Notes: generated from the sequence alone by a model not told the origin. A DNA stretch of 64,000 nt from Eledone cirrhosa (GCA_964016885.1 OZ024743.1:363444001-363508000), one strand, 5' to 3'; numbered from the stretch's first letter, positions 40,801 to 55,267 are shown. Numbers and translations: made by a program.

Positions 40801-43800
40801 GATGGTAGAGTTTGTGGTGGTGGTGATGGTAGAGTTTGTGGTGCTGGTGATGGTAAGTTGTGGTGGTGGTGATGGTAAGTTTGTGGCAGTGGTATGGTAG
40901 GTGTTGTGGTGGTGGTGATGGTAAGGTTTGTGGTAGTGGTGGTGGTAGAGTTTGTGGTGGTGGTGATGGTAGAGTTTGTGGTGGTGGTGATGGTAAGTTT
41001 TGTGGTGGTGGTGATGGTAGGTTTGTGGTAGTGGTGATGGTAGAGTTTGTGGTGGTGGTGATGGTAAAGTTTGTGGTGGTGGTGATGGTAGAGTTTGTGG
41101 TGGTGGTGGTGATGGTAAGGTTTGTGGTGGTGGTGATGGTAAAGTTTGTGGTGGTGGTGGATGGTAGAGTTTGTGGTGGTGGTGATGGTAGATTTGTGGT
41201 GGTGGTGATGGTAAGGTTGTGGTGGTGGTGATGGTAAGTTTGTGGTGGTGGTGATGGTAAAGTTTGCGGTGGTGGTGATGGAAGAGTTTGTGGTGGTGGT
41301 GATGGAAGGTTTGTGCTGGTGGTGATGGTAGAGTTTGTGGTGGTGGTGGTGATGGTAGAGTTTGTGGTGGTGGTGATGGTAGAGTTTGTGGTGGTGGTGA
41401 TGGTAAGGTTTGTGGTAGTGGTGATGGTAAGGTTTGTGGTGGTGGTGATGGTAAGTTTGTGGTGGTGGTGATGGTAAAGTTTGTGGTGGTGGTGATGGTA
41501 AAGTTTGTGGTGGTGGTGATGGTAGAGTTTGTGGTAGTGGTGATGGAGAGTTTGTGGTGGTGGTGATGGTAGGTTTGTGGTGGTGGTGATGGTAGAGTTT
41601 GTGGTGGTGGTGGTGATGGTAGAGTTTGTGGTGGTGGTGATGGTAGAGTTTGTGGTGGTGGGTGGTAGGTTTGTGGTAGGTGGTGATGGTAGAGTTTGTG
41701 GTGGTGGGGGTGTGGTAGAGTTTGTGGTGGTGGTGATGGTAAGTTTGTGGTGGTGGTGATGGTAGAGTTTGTGGTGGTGGGTGTTGGTAGAGTTTGTGGT
41801 GGTGGTGATGGTAAGATTTGTGTTAGTGGTGTGGTAGAGTTTGTGGTGGTGGTGGTGATGGTAGAGTTTGTGGTGGTGGTGTGTAGGTTGTGGTGTGGTG
41901 ATGGTTGAGTTTGTGGTGGTGGTGATGGTAGAGTTTGTGGTGGTGGTGATGGTAAGTTGTGGTGGTGGTGATGGTAGGTTTGTGGTGGTGGTGATGGTAA
42001 GTTTGTGGTGGTGGTGGTGGTAAGGTTTGTGGTAGTGGTGATGGTAGAGTTTGTGGTGGTGGTGGTGTTGGTAGGTTTGTGGTGGTGGTGATGGTAAGGT
42101 TTGTGGTGTGGTGATGGTAGAGTTTGTGGTGGTGGTGATGGGTAGAGTTTGTGGTGGTGGTGATGGTAAGTTTGTGGTGGTGGTGTGGTAGGTTTGTGGT
42201 GGTGGTGATGTAAGTTTGTGGTGGTGGTGGTGGTAGGTTTGTGGTGGTGGTGTGGTTAGGTTGTGGTGGTGGTGGTGGTGATGGTGGTTTGTGGTGGTGG
42301 TGGTGGTGGTTTGTGGTGGTGGTGATGGTAGAGTTGTGGTGGTGGTGGTGATGGTAAGTGTGTGGTGGTGGTGATGGTAGTGTTTGTGGTGGTGGTGTGG
42401 TAGTTGTGTGGGTGGTGGTGTGGTAGGTTTGTGGTGGTGGTGGTGATGGTAGTTTGTGTGGTGGTGGTGAGTTGTGGTGGTGATGGTAGGGTTTGTGGTG
42501 GTGGTGTGTGTGTTTGTGGTGGTGGTGATGGTAAGTGTGTGTGGTGGTGTGGTGAGTTGTGGTGAGGTGGTGGTGGGGTGTGGGTTGTGGTGAGGGTGGG
42601 TTTGTGGTGGTGGTGATGGTAAGTTTGTGGTGGTGGTGATGGTAAGTTTGTGGTGGTGGTGGTGATGGTAGAGTTTGTGGTGGTGGTGATGGTGAAGTTG
42701 TGGTGGTGGTGATGTAAGTTGTGGTGGTGGTGGGGATGGTAAGTTTGTGGTGGTGGTGGTGATGGTAGAGTTGTGGTGGTGGTGTGGTAGGGTTTGTGGT
42801 GGTGGGTGGTGGTAAGTCTGTGGTGGTGGTGATGGTAAGGTTTGTGGTGGTGGTGATGGTAAGTTGTGGTGGTGGTGATGGTAAGGTTTGTGGTAGTGGT
42901 GATGGTAGAGTTTGTGGTGGTGGTGATGGTAAGTCTGTGGTGGTGGTGATGGAAGGTTTGTGGTGGTGGTGATGGTAGAGTTTGTGGTGGTGGTGATGGT
43001 AAGTTTGTGGGTGGTGGTGATGGTAAGTGTGTGGTGGGTGGTGATGGTGAGTGTTTGTGGTGGTGGGGTGATGGTAGAGTTTGTGGTGGTGGTGATGGTA
43101 AGGTTGTGGTGGTGGTGATGGTAAGGTTGTGGTGGTGGTGATGGTAGGTTTGTGGTGGTGGTGATGGTAGAGTTTGTGGTGGTGGTGGTGATGGTAGAGT
43201 TTGTGGTGGTGGTGATGGGTAAGTTGTGGTGGTGGTGATGGTAGAGTTTGTGTGGTGGTGATGGTAGGGTTTGTGGTGGTGGTGATGGTAAGTTTGTTGG
43301 TGGTGTGGTGGTAGGGTTTTGGTGGTGGTGTGGTAGAGTTTGTGGTGGTGGTGATGGTAGAGTTTGTGTGTGGTGGTGGTGATGGTAAGTGTTGTGGTGG
43401 TGGTGATGGTAGGTTTGTGGTGGTGGTGATGGTAGGGTTTGTGGTGGTGGTGATGGTAGGTTGTGGTGGTGGTGATGGTAGAGTTTGGGGGTGGTGGTGA
43501 TGGTAGTGTGTGGTGGTGGTGGTAGGGTTTGTGGTGGTGGTGGTGATGGTAAGTGTGTGGTGGTGGTGATGTAGTGTTTGTGGTGGTGGTGTGGTAGGTT
43601 TGTGGTGGTGGTGATGGTGAGTTTGTGGTGGTGGTGATGGTAAGTTTGTGGTGGTGGTGATGGTAAGTTTGTGGTAGTGGTGATGGTAGAGTTTGTGGTG
43701 GTGGTGATGGTAGAGTTTGTGGTGGTGGTGATGGTAAGTTTTGGTGGTGGTGTGGGGTTTGTGGTGGTGGTGTGGTAAGTTGTGGTGGGTGGTGATGGTA

Positions 43801-44632
43801 AGTTTGTGGTGGTGGTGATGGTAGAGTTTGTGGTGGTGGTGATGGTAAAGTTTGTGGTGGTGGTGGTAAGGTTTGTGGTGGTGGTGATGGTAGAGTTTGT
43901 GGTGGGTGGTGATGGTAGAGTTTGTGGTGGGTGGTGGTGATGGTAAGTGTGTGGTGGTGGTGATGGTAGAGTTTGTGGTGGTGGTGGTGATGGTAAAGTG
44001 TGTGGTGGTGGTGATGGTAGTGTTGTGGTGGTGGTGATGGTAGAGTTTGTGGTGGTGGTGATGGTAGAGTTTGTGGTGGTGGTGATGGTAAGTTTGTGGT
44101 GGTGGTGATGGTAGGGTTTGTGGTGTGGTGTTGGTAGAGTTTGTGGTGGTGGTGTGGTAGAGTTTGTGGTGGTGGTGGTGATGGTAGAGTTTGTGGTGGT
44201 GGTGTGGTAAGTGTGGTGGTGGTGATGGTAGGTTTGTGGTGGTGGTGTGGTAGAGTTGTGGTGGTGGTGATGGAAGTTGTGGTGGTGGTGATGGTAGAGT
44301 TTGTGGTGGTGGTGATGGTAGAGTTTGTGGTGGTGGTGATGGTAAGGTTTGTGGTGGTGGTGGTGATGGTAGAGTTTGTGGTGGTGGTGATGGTAGAGTT
44401 TGTGGCTGTGGAGAGGTTGACAGCGGTGGTGTAGTGGTGGACATGGTTGTGGTAATGATGTTTGTGGAGGTAAAGTTTGTGGCTGTGATATTATGGTGTT
44501 TTTCATAGCTCTACTGAAGCGAAAACAACGGGGAGTCCAGAGAAAGAAATGTGGCGGAGACTTACAGAGAGGATAGAGACGGAATGGAACTGGAAAAAGA
44601 AATGTCTTGGGAAATCTGTGAATGGCAACCGT
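37867..44632. repeat. Indel-rich second copy of the distal satellite and its unique flank (probable false duplication of ~30770-37666)
   Basis: Rare variants recur in the same order (ggtatagttt 31183/38281; aagtgtttg 32412/39491); the unique flank 37436-37666 recurs at 44402-44632 with 1-bp deletions. Confidence 0.85.
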
Positions 44633-44918
44633 CAGTGGCTACAGAGAGATGACGGGGTTGTAAGGTGTGATGGTGATGAGGAGCGGTCTGAGGGAACTGT
44701 GTTGTTTTCAAGGTAATCACTCTCTTCGGAGATGTTTATGACGGAGAAATTGGCACCGTGCTCAATTGTTGTTGTCATAGTTACTGACCAGCATCTCCAT
44801 CACTGCTCACTGGAACACAGCCATTTCTATAATTGATTTATCATATTCACTTTCATAACTTTTATCTATTTGTCTGTATGTCTGTTTGACTAAATGACTG
44901 ACTATAATAATATGTATG

Positions 44919-45040
<122 letters not shown>

Positions 45041-45151
45041 TGTATGTATGTATGTATGTATGTATGTATGTATGTATGTATGTATGCATGTATGCATGTA
45101 CCTATGTAGGTAGGTATGTCGTATGTGTCTGTGTGTATACACATGTACATA

Positions 45152-45203
<52 letters not shown>

Positions 45204-45856
45204 ATATATGCGTACACACACACAAATGTATACATACATACATACATACATACATACATACATAGATACATACATACATACATACATACATACATACATA
45301 CATACATACATACATACATACATACATACATACATACTTATCACTGTCACTATATAAAGTCTATAAACAATAAACTGAAATAATCCCTATATAAGTTGGA
45401 CCCATTTCATCTTTGATGTGTTTTGTGTGTTCGGTTTATGTATACTAATGTCTCCGTGTGTTAGTGTGTTCGTATGCTGTAAGTGTTTGGTGAGGATGTA
45501 TGTAAGTCGTGTAGTTATTCGGCGTTATATCGCTGTGTATGTGTGATGTGTTTGAATGTGGTGAACTGATTTGTGTGATGTTTGTGTGGTGTGTCCTGAG
45601 AGCATGTGTGTGGTGTGTAGTATGAGTGTGTCTGTGTGTGTGTGTGTCGGTGTGTGTACGCGCATTAGTGTGTGTATGGCTATGAGGTCCAAATGATCCG
45701 TAATATAGATTTCTTTATTAAGATAGATAGCCGTAATATAGCAATGCCAACTGCAGTATAGTTTGCTAGAAAATGACCTGCTAATCGTACACCACCACCA
45801 CCACCACAAACAACACCACCACCACCACAAACAACACACCATCATTACTATTGCTG

Positions 45857-46045
45857 ATTGGCAGTATCGGTAGAGGGTCGGACGCCATGCTTTGACGCAT
45901 AGAGTTACGGCCCTTGCCATTCTGAGTTCAAATCCCGCCGAGGTTAACTTTGCCTTTCATCCTTACGGGGTCGATAAAATAAAGTACCAGTAATGCACTG
46001 GGTAATTGCTGGCCTTGTGCCAATAGTAGAAACAATTACTATTGC
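45857..46045 (+). mobile_element. tRNA-derived SINE
   Basis: A-box-like tggcagtatcggtag, B-box-like gagttcaaatcc, conserved core gcctttcatccttacggggtcgataaaa. Confidence 0.85.
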
Positions 46046-46099
46046 TAATTCTTTATCATTATCAACAACTCCATTACAATCAACCAGTACAAACTCTAC

Positions 46100-48010
46100 C
46101 GCGACAATACCACCATCACCACAACCACTACACCACTACCATGACATCACTGTCCACCACTACACTACCACCACTACACCACAACCACTACACCACCATC
46201 ACTACACCACCACCACAACCACAACCACATCACCACAACCACTACACCACTACCATGACATCACTGTCCACCACCATCACCACAAACACTACACCACTAC
46301 CATGACATCACTGTCCACCACTACACTACCACCACTACACCACAACCACTACATCACCACGACATCACTGTCCACTACTACACTAGCATCACTACACCAC
46401 CACAACACCACAACCACTACACCACTACCATGACATCACTGTCCACCACTACACTACCATCACTACACCACCATCACTACACTACCATCACTACACCACC
46501 ATCACTACACCACCACCACAACACCACAACCACTACACCACCACCACCACGACATCACTGTCCACTACTACACTACCATCACTACACCACCATCACTACA
46601 CCACCACACCACCACAACCACTACACCACTACCATGACATCACTGTCCACCACTACACTACCACCACTACACCACAACCACTACACCACCATCACTACAC
46701 CACCACCAAAACCACTACCACATCACCACAACCACTACACCACTACCATGACATCACTGTCCACCACTACACTACCACCACTACACCACAACCACTACAC
46801 CACCATCACTACACCACCACCAAAACCACTACCACATCACCACAACCACTACACCACTACCATGACATCACTGTCCACCACTACACTACCACCATTACAC
46901 CACAACCACTACATCACCACGACATCACTGTCCACTACTACACTAGCATCACTACACCACCACAACACCACAACCACTACACCACTACCATGACATCACT
47001 GTCCACCACTACACTACCATCACTACACCACCATCACTACACTACCATCACTACACCACCATCACTACACCACCACCACAACACCACAACCACTACACCA
47101 CCACGACATCACTGTCCACTACTACACTACCATCACTACACCACCATCACTACACTATCACCACAACACCACGACCACTACATCACCACCACCATCACAT
47201 CACTATCCACCACTACACTACCACCACTATACCACAACCACTACATCACCACGACATCACTGTCCACTACTACACTACCATCACTACACCACCACAACAC
47301 CACAACCACTACACCACTACCATGACATCACTGTCCACCACTACACTACCACCACTACACCACAACCACCACTACACCACAACCACTACATCACCACCAC
47401 CACGACATCACTGTCCACCACTACACCACAACCACTACACCACCACTACTACACCACCACTACACCACTACACCACTACACCACTACACCACTACACCAC
47501 CACTACACCACCACCACTACACCACTACTACTACAACACCACCACTACACCACCACTACACCACTACACCACTACACCACCACCACTACACCACCACTAC
47601 ACCACCACTACTACACCACTACTACACCACCACTACACCACCACCACTACACCACTACCACTACACCACCACTACTACACTATCACCACTACACTACTAC
47701 CACTACACCACCCCACTACATCACCACCACTAAACCACCACCACTCTACCATTCCACTACACCACCACCACAACATAACCATTTCCTCCCCACCACTACT
47801 ACCTCAACACCACTACACCACTGTCACCACTACACCACCACCACCATTACACCACCACCACTACCACTACACCACCACCACCACCACTACTACCTCAACG
47901 CTACTACACCACCACCACCACTACACCACCACCATCACTACTACCTCAACACCACTACACCACTGTCACCACTACACTACCACCACCACCACCACTATAC
48001 TACCACCGCC
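46100..48010. repeat. Complex CAC-rich minisatellite with a higher-order ~560-bp duplication
   Basis: Recurrent caccactaccatgacatcactgtccacc; the block near 46290-46560 recurs near 46850-47120. Confidence 0.85.
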
Positions 48011-48049
48011 ATCTTGGATTTTATCATTCTTTACTTCACTCTCAATCAG

Positions 48050-48240
48050 GGCGGTGGATTGGCAGTATCGGTAGAGGGTCGGACGCCATGCTTCCCAGCA
48101 TAGTTACGTCCCTTTACGATCTGAGTTCAAATCCCGCCGAGGTTGACTTTGCCTTTCATCCTTACGGGGTCGATAAAATAAAGTACCAGTAATGCACTGG
48201 GTAATTGCTGGCCTTGTGCCTAAAGTAGAAACAATTAATT
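48050..48240 (+). mobile_element. tRNA-derived SINE
   Basis: Same A/B boxes and core as 45857-46045; partial copy also at 63496-63623. Confidence 0.85.
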
Positions 48241-48374
48241 CTCTATAGTTAATATGTTTGCTCTAGAATCACATGATAACAGGTCCAGTCATACTGCGAG
48301 AGACGCTGGGTAAGTTTGTTCTATTATAACCTCCAGTCAAATAAAACTTTTTAAGGGAAATTTGGTAAAGAGAA

Positions 48375-48670
48375 CCGAATTGAGAGATCACAGCTTCGAA
48401 ACTATTGGCATGTGGTTTGAATGTCACAGGAAAGAATCGCTGGACAGACTTTACGGGCAAAACCAACCGGTAAGAGACCCAGGGATAGACCCCCGAGCAA
48501 GGTAGTTGGATAACATCCATGAGACTGGCTGGTCACGCTTGGGGATCCAGCCGGATCAGTTGAAGATGGTTGTTTCTTACAGGACACACTGGAAGGAGTG
48601 TTTGAGGAGGAAGTCTGCTACCACGACCCTCTCACGAATAAGTGGGTGATGGCTTTCAAGAAGAAGAAGA
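48375..48670 (+). mobile_element. 3' end of RTE/Expander-type LINE with (GAA)n tail
   Basis: IERSQLR..WHVV.MSQERI...KPTGKRPQG, resembling the LRWFGH...GKRPRGRP C-terminus. Confidence 0.65.
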
Positions 48671-49143
48671 AGGAGTAGGAGGAGGAGGAGTAGTAGGATG
48701 AGGAGGAGGATGAGGAGGAGGAGGTGGGGGGAGAAGGAGACGGGGGGGAGAAGGAGAATAAGGAGGAGGAGGGTGAGGGTGGTGAGGAGGGGGAGGAGGA
48801 GAAGGAGAAGAATGAGGAGGAGGATGAGGGGAGGAGGAGGAGGAGGAGGAGGAGAAGGAGGATGAGGAGGAGGAGGAGGAGAAGGAGGAGAATGAGGAGG
48901 AGGAGAAGAAGAAGAAGAAGAAGAAGAAGAAGAAGAAAAAGAAGGAGGAGGGGAGGGGAGGGGGGAGGGGGAGGATGAGGAGGAGGGGGAGAAGAAGGAG
49001 GAGGAGGATGAGGAGGAGAAGGAGGAGGAGGAGAAGGTGAAGGAGGAGGAGGAGAAGGAGGAGGAGGAGGAGAAAGGAGGAGGAGGAGGAGAAGAAGAAG
49101 AAGAAGAAGAAGAAGAAGAAGAAGAAGAAGAAGAAGAAGAAGA
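48660..49143. repeat. Polypurine (GAG)n/(GAA)n tract
   Basis: Seen directly. Confidence 0.95.
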
Positions 49144-49236
49144 TCCGCATCTTAAGCAGTTAGTAGGCTCATCAAACACAACGCGATATTTAAAAAAAAA
49201 AAAACCATATGTTCAATACCGTTATTTGTCGATGGT

Positions 49237-49507
49237 ATAAACCTCAGGAGGTGGCATAAACCCCAGGAGGTGGCATAAACCCCAGGAGGTGGCATAAACC
49301 CCAGGAGGTGGCATAAACCCCAGGAGGTGGCATAAACCTCAGGAGGTGGCATAAACCCCAGGAGGTGGCATAAACCCCAGGAGGTGGCATAAACCCCAGG
49401 AGGTGGCATAAACCCCAGGAGGTGGCATAAACCTCAGGAGGTGGCATAAACCTCAGGAGGTGGCATAAACCCCAGGAGGTGGCATAAACCTCAGGAGGTG
49501 GCATAAA
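49237..49507. repeat. 19-bp minisatellite, ~14 copies
   Basis: ataaacc(c/t)caggaggtggc head-to-tail with no spacers. Confidence 0.95.
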
Positions 49508-49678
49508 TGTCAGGTTTTCTAGAAGTTGAGAAAACTCCGGAATAGAATGATAGTTTTATTCCCTTATGTTAGTGAAACGGTACCATATAGAAAACCACGT
49601 TAGAACCATACAAAACAGTTTTACAGCTTTTTGATGAAAGTTTTTTTTCCAACCACGTGTTCTAAATCACACTATAAA

Positions 49679-49720
<42 letters not shown>

Positions 49721-49849
49721 CAGTGGTGAAGGGTAACCTGGAAAGCAGGGCATGCACTACAATCGCCATGGCGGAAAGTGGGGCTGTGCAGCCTTACCCC
49801 CCCCCCCCCAATTGATGTTTGCCTCATCTTGTCATCTGGCAACCTAGTC

Positions 49850-51740
49850 CCACTCCCATATATATTTGACACAGCATAACTGCCGGAGTGTATATCACCT
49901 TGGTCTTAGTTAAGCTTACAGTGAGCTCCAAAATAACACACGCTTCCAGAAATGTATCCATTGTATACTGCAGGTCTCATTCTGAGTGTGCAACAAAGTT
50001 CGCATCATCAGCATACAAAAGTTCTCGAATTAACATATTGAATATCACAGATTTATTAGTAATCTTTTTTTTAATTTTTAGAAGACTTGCGCAGATTTAT
50101 GCCTTGATTACAGTTGTGGGATGCATAAGCAAGGAGAATGGCAAAGTATATTGCAAATAATGCTGAAGCAGTAATTACCCCTTGCTTAACACCGTTGTCC
50201 ACAGAAATTTGTTCCGAGATTTTTCCATTAAATACAAACCTGGTCTTCGTGTCTAGATGTAGTTGCTTGAAGATCTACAAAAAATTCTGTAGATAGCCTA
50301 ATTTACTCAGAATGACCCATAAGGCTTCTCTGTTAACTGTATCAAAAGCTTTAGTCAAGTAGATAAACACTTGATACAAAGGCATGTACCGAACAATTAT
50401 ACCCACCTCCACCTTTTTGCTCTGAAACCATATTAAACTTCTGGAAGAATCAGTGAACATCTATTTTCTGAAAGGCGATTCAGCATCAGCCTAGATTTCC
50501 AACAGATTCCAGTATTGCGATCCCACGGAAGTTCTTACAGTTGGATAGTTTTCCTCTACCTTTGTTGATAGTGATCAAGATTCCATCAATCCGGTCTTGT
50601 GGTATTGGTGCTCCTTACCAACATTTCATGAGAAGTGCATGGATAGCCGATGATATGTGGACTCCTCCACCTTTCAATAATTCGACTGGAATGCCATCTA
50701 ACCTTGGTGCCTTGTCTGAGTTTACCTTGAGTTGCCTTTCTGATTTTTTCACTAGTCGGTGGAGTGTCCATTGATAATATTATATCATGCTGAGGTAGAC
50801 CCTCTATAACACCAAAGTTGACAATATAGGGATTGTAAAAGGGGTCAGAGGAATGCCCTTTCTATTTTTTATAATGTTCTCTGGGTCTTTATAGAGAACT
50901 ATACCATCAGTCGATTGCGCAAGGAAAATGGAAGGTGATTGGGGACCAAATGATTGCCGTAAAAAGGCATACAACGTTTCATTATCTTTACTATTAAAGG
51001 CAGCTTGCACTGCTTCAGATTAAAGGATTCTCACTCAGGATCTTTTCACAGAGTGTCTTTTCTTTTCAGTAACTGGCTGACAATAGGATCGCTATTATCA
51101 AACCAGTCTTTATGTTTTTCCCACTATACCCAAGTATATCGGCTCCGGTGGAATAAACTTGGTCTTTAAACTTTTCCCATGTTCCATCCAGTTCTAGACG
51201 ATCAAGTCGTTCAGATAAGGTTTGACAATTACCAGACTGTGTCAATCTACTAACATCAATACGATTCGGAATTTTGACCTCATTTATACGGGCCTTCTTA
51301 CGGATATGAAACTTTCCTCGCACCAGCTTGTGATCCGTGCCATATTCTACACTACACATCACAAGTACATTACACACATCAGTAAGATCATGTTTACGGA
51401 TGATGATAAAACCAGTTATGTGTCCATGCTTTAATCTCGTAATTTTGTGTTTAAGTTTGTCTGAAGAATGTGTTGGAAATCGCCAAGTTGAGTTCTGAGC
51501 AAAGTTCAAGTCGCTTCAAACTATTTTCATTCACTTTACCAATGTCATGCCAACCAAGAACATTCCAAGTTTCACAGTCCCTGCCAACACGCGCATTGAA
51601 GTTACCAAGAAGTATTAGCTTGTCATCATTTGGTATGGAAGTAATGGCAGTATGAAGGCTTTCATTGAAAGTTATAACAGTTTCTTCATTAGCTTGGAGA
51701 GTTAGAGCATAAACGGAAAATATTGTCTTAAAACGTCCAC
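49850..51740 (-). mobile_element. Degenerate RTE (BovB-like) LINE
   Basis: Minus strand LLGNFNARVG, GTDHKLVR (APE); LTKAFDTVNREALWVILSKLG, GVKQG, LLYADDA (RT). Confidence 0.85.
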
Positions 51741-51948
51741 AGAAGAAGAAGAAGAAGAAGAAGAAGAAGAAGAAGAAGAAGAAGAAGAAGAAGAAGAAGA
51801 AGAAGAAGAAGAAGAAGAAGAAGAAGAAGAAGAAGAAGAAGAAGAAGATATTTGCTTCTCCAAATTGAGTCCATCTATATATTCATTTATCTATCTATTT
51901 ATCTATCTACTTGTTTGTATATCCGTCCATCTGCCCGTCCGTCCATTC

Positions 51949-52085
<137 letters not shown>

Positions 52086-52681
52086 GCTATCTATATGTCT
52101 GTCTGCTGCCTATCTGTTTGTCTATCTATCTAAATTAGTCAGTATCGGCGTTTCCATGGTTGACGTTGATTCATTAGAAGGTGCCGACACTAGTAAATAA
52201 TAAATATCTGGTGATTTTATCTGACAAAATTATTAATTTGAAACATTTTCTTAGTCTAAGAGAGAAATTTCCTCTAGCCGCCCCTTTCTCATTGAGAAAT
52301 AATATTGACAGGGAGGGATATGTGGTGTAAGTAATGTTTTAATTGTGTCCACGGCCTTTAGGGCTTGATCATACCAGCGTAGCTGTGTCACACTAGGAGG
52401 TCTCCATAGTTTGACAGCTAGCTTGTTCAGCTAAATTAAGCTACTTCTATTGTGCATCCGTATTAAATAGGTAGATAGCAAAAATAACAGGAAAACATTA
52501 AAAAAGAGGACATTGGATGAGGCTAATAACTGACGAAAATAAGATGTTTCTCTGGGATCAAATGGTAAAGTGAAAGATAAAAGTGTCGCGTTCGGCCAAG
52601 CCGACTTACCGCCAGTCCATTGGCAGGAGTAAACACTTGACGTGTACATTGGAAAAAAACAGTCTAACATGACTTCGGTGA

Positions 52682-52798
<117 letters not shown>

Positions 52799-52844
52799 GC
52801 AGAGGTTATATTTAATTTGTTGGGATTCAAGAAGCTTAAAATTT

Positions 52845-52886
52845 TTTTATAACTGATATAAAGCACTCAACAAGTTAGTGGAGTAA

Positions 52887-52930
<44 letters not shown>

Positions 52931-53342
52931 ATATTAAATAAATGGAAACTATATTTATAAAACCATATTTATTTTATTATATATATTTCAAGGGTACCAA
53001 AAGACTTTGGTGCGCTATCTTCAGATAAAATACAAAATTTGTTTTATAAATAGAGACATACCCAGGAAAATCATACCTTATCACTTGGATATTCTCTGGG
53101 TAGAGTTGGATATTCTCTATCCAAAGTATATCCAAGTGATAAGGTATGATTTTCCTGGGTATGTCTCTATTTATAAAACAAACTTTGTATTTTATCTGAA
53201 GAAAGCGTACCAAAGTCTTTTGGTACCCTTGAAATATATATAATAAAATAAATATGGTTTTATAAATATAGTTTCCATTTATTTAATATCATTGTATATA
53301 TTTACTCCAGGAGACTGTTGAGTGCTCTAAATCAGTTATAAA
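52845..53342. mobile_element. Fold-back element (~230-bp arms) carrying an HHR in each arm
   Basis: 52923-53099 is reverse-complementary to 53121-53298; the arms extend outward across a (TA)n expansion. Confidence 0.85.
53188..53250 (+). ncRNA. Minimal HHR-like motif; mirror copy at 52970-53032 (-)
   Basis: tattttat CTGAAGA aagcgtaccaaa-gtct-tttggtaccctt GAAA TATATATA ataaaata. Confidence 0.7.
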
Positions 53343-53400
53343 CATTTATATTTATATTTGTCGGATTAAATACCCCTTATTAAATTAAATACCCCTTCTA

Positions 53401-53496
<96 letters not shown>

Positions 53497-53525
53497 TGTT
53501 TGAGTGAGTGAGTGAGAGAGAGAGA

Positions 53526-53569
<44 letters not shown>

Positions 53570-53839
53570 GAGAGAGAGAAGGGGGAGAGAGAGAGAGACA
53601 GTGAGAGCGAATGAGTGTGTGTATGTGTATGCGAAAAGCCAACAAGGTGAAACAACACAGGTAATGATACTGTACAATGATGATATCTATTAAGTCAAAG
53701 CTTGATATAGTAAGAAAAAAGTTTTAACGTTTCGGACGTTAGTCATTCATTAGACGATAGAATGAAAGTAGAAGAAACAGGAAAATAGACAAGTGTAAGA
53801 AGACGAAGAAACGTAATTTTTTTTCCGAGAGGAAAGCAC

Positions 53840-53916
<77 letters not shown>

Positions 53917-54104
53917 TTCAATACATTAACAGAGACAGCCTTAAGCTTTACTCTGACTGGCTACCATCTCACTCAACAAACATTAGGATATACCTTAGTA
54001 TAATCCCAATTATATGTTTGGGGTGCTAACTATATGTATTTTGTGGAAAGCCAGTTGTATTATTTTATATGAGATATAATTAAAATTAAAATATATATCT
54101 CTCT

Positions 54105-54227
54105 TTCCAAACAATTGTTTCATTATAAGTTTTTTACAAGTTGGGAGAATGTATCCGGGTTATGTAAAAGCCAACATATTTTTCTGTAAGAACACATGCA
54201 GGTGGGCACTTATAAATCATCAGTGGA
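54105..54227 (-). ncRNA. Type I HHR with a large loop II (second copy of 10989-11114)
   Basis: Minus strand tcca CTGATGA tttataagt...acttataat GAAA CAATTG TT tgga. Confidence 0.8.
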
Positions 54228-54579
54228 TGCCCGTCAAACATTGATATAAGAAAAAATTCCTTACCGATGTCATTTTTTGTGTCACCTAATCATCCCTCCA
54301 CGCATCATAATGACCGCCAAATTTGAAATTCCAGCAGTCTCAGAATGAGGAATTTCATAGCGTCACGAAGCGGAAAAGGGAGGCAATCGCGAAACACAAG
54401 AAAGTAAAATAATATACATGTGGGTGAATTAAATTTTTTCAACAATTTTAACCCTGCGTGTTAAGAACTCAATTAAATTAAAAAAAAATAAATGTATGCA
54501 TGTATTAATTATACACGCATATAGATATTTTCTTAGGCTAAAAACAGAGATATGATACCAAAATAATATATATATATAT

Positions 54580-54640
<61 letters not shown>

Positions 54641-54665
54641 CATATATATATATATATATATATAT

Positions 54666-54734
<69 letters not shown>

Positions 54735-55083
54735 TTGTTCATGTATATGTACGTATGTGTGTATGTGTGTGTAACCATTTGTATGCCTGTGTGCATGTGT
54801 CAGTGCTTATGTGGAGTAAGGCCCATCCTAATTGGTCTAATTGTAACGTGTATTCACTGAGGGAGCTCAACAACTAATTGGAAATTAGTCGACCCTATAA
54901 CATATGGTTATCTCCTTATAATATATAACCACCAATTTCTCTGTCTGTCTGTCCGACAGTGGAAACACGTGCGCGCGTGCGAATGTTTTTTGCGCACGCG
55001 TAGAGAGAGAGTGAGAGTGAAAGAAAGAGACAGACTACAAGAGGGGGATAGCGGGAGGGAGAGAGGGGGAATTGAGGAGTGCT

Positions 55084-55165
55084 ACAGAAACATATATACA
55101 TTTCTGTGTGTGTGTAATATATATATATATACACACAGAAATATATATACATTTCTGTGTGTGTA

Positions 55166-55199
<34 letters not shown>

Positions 55200-55228
55200 T
55201 CAGAAATATATATACATTTCTGTGTGTG

Positions 55229-55267
<39 letters not shown>

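Noticed and set aside
28271-44506. Very long ORFs (up to 1611 aa) as CDS calls
   Set aside because: They arise from a stop-free 24-bp repeat open in several frames; there is no domain, signal peptide or splice support
45857-45940. tRNA gene
   Set aside because: A/B boxes belong to a multi-copy SINE head; no cloverleaf is evident
48577-49240. Poly-S/P/E/R/F ORFs
   Set aside because: Translations of the (GAG)n/(GAA)n tract
49237-49507. Regular 19-bp repeat as a CRISPR array
   Set aside because: No spacers, no cas genes, eukaryotic context
52530-52580. CTGACGA...GAAA as a hammerhead
   Set aside because: No convincing stems I, II or III
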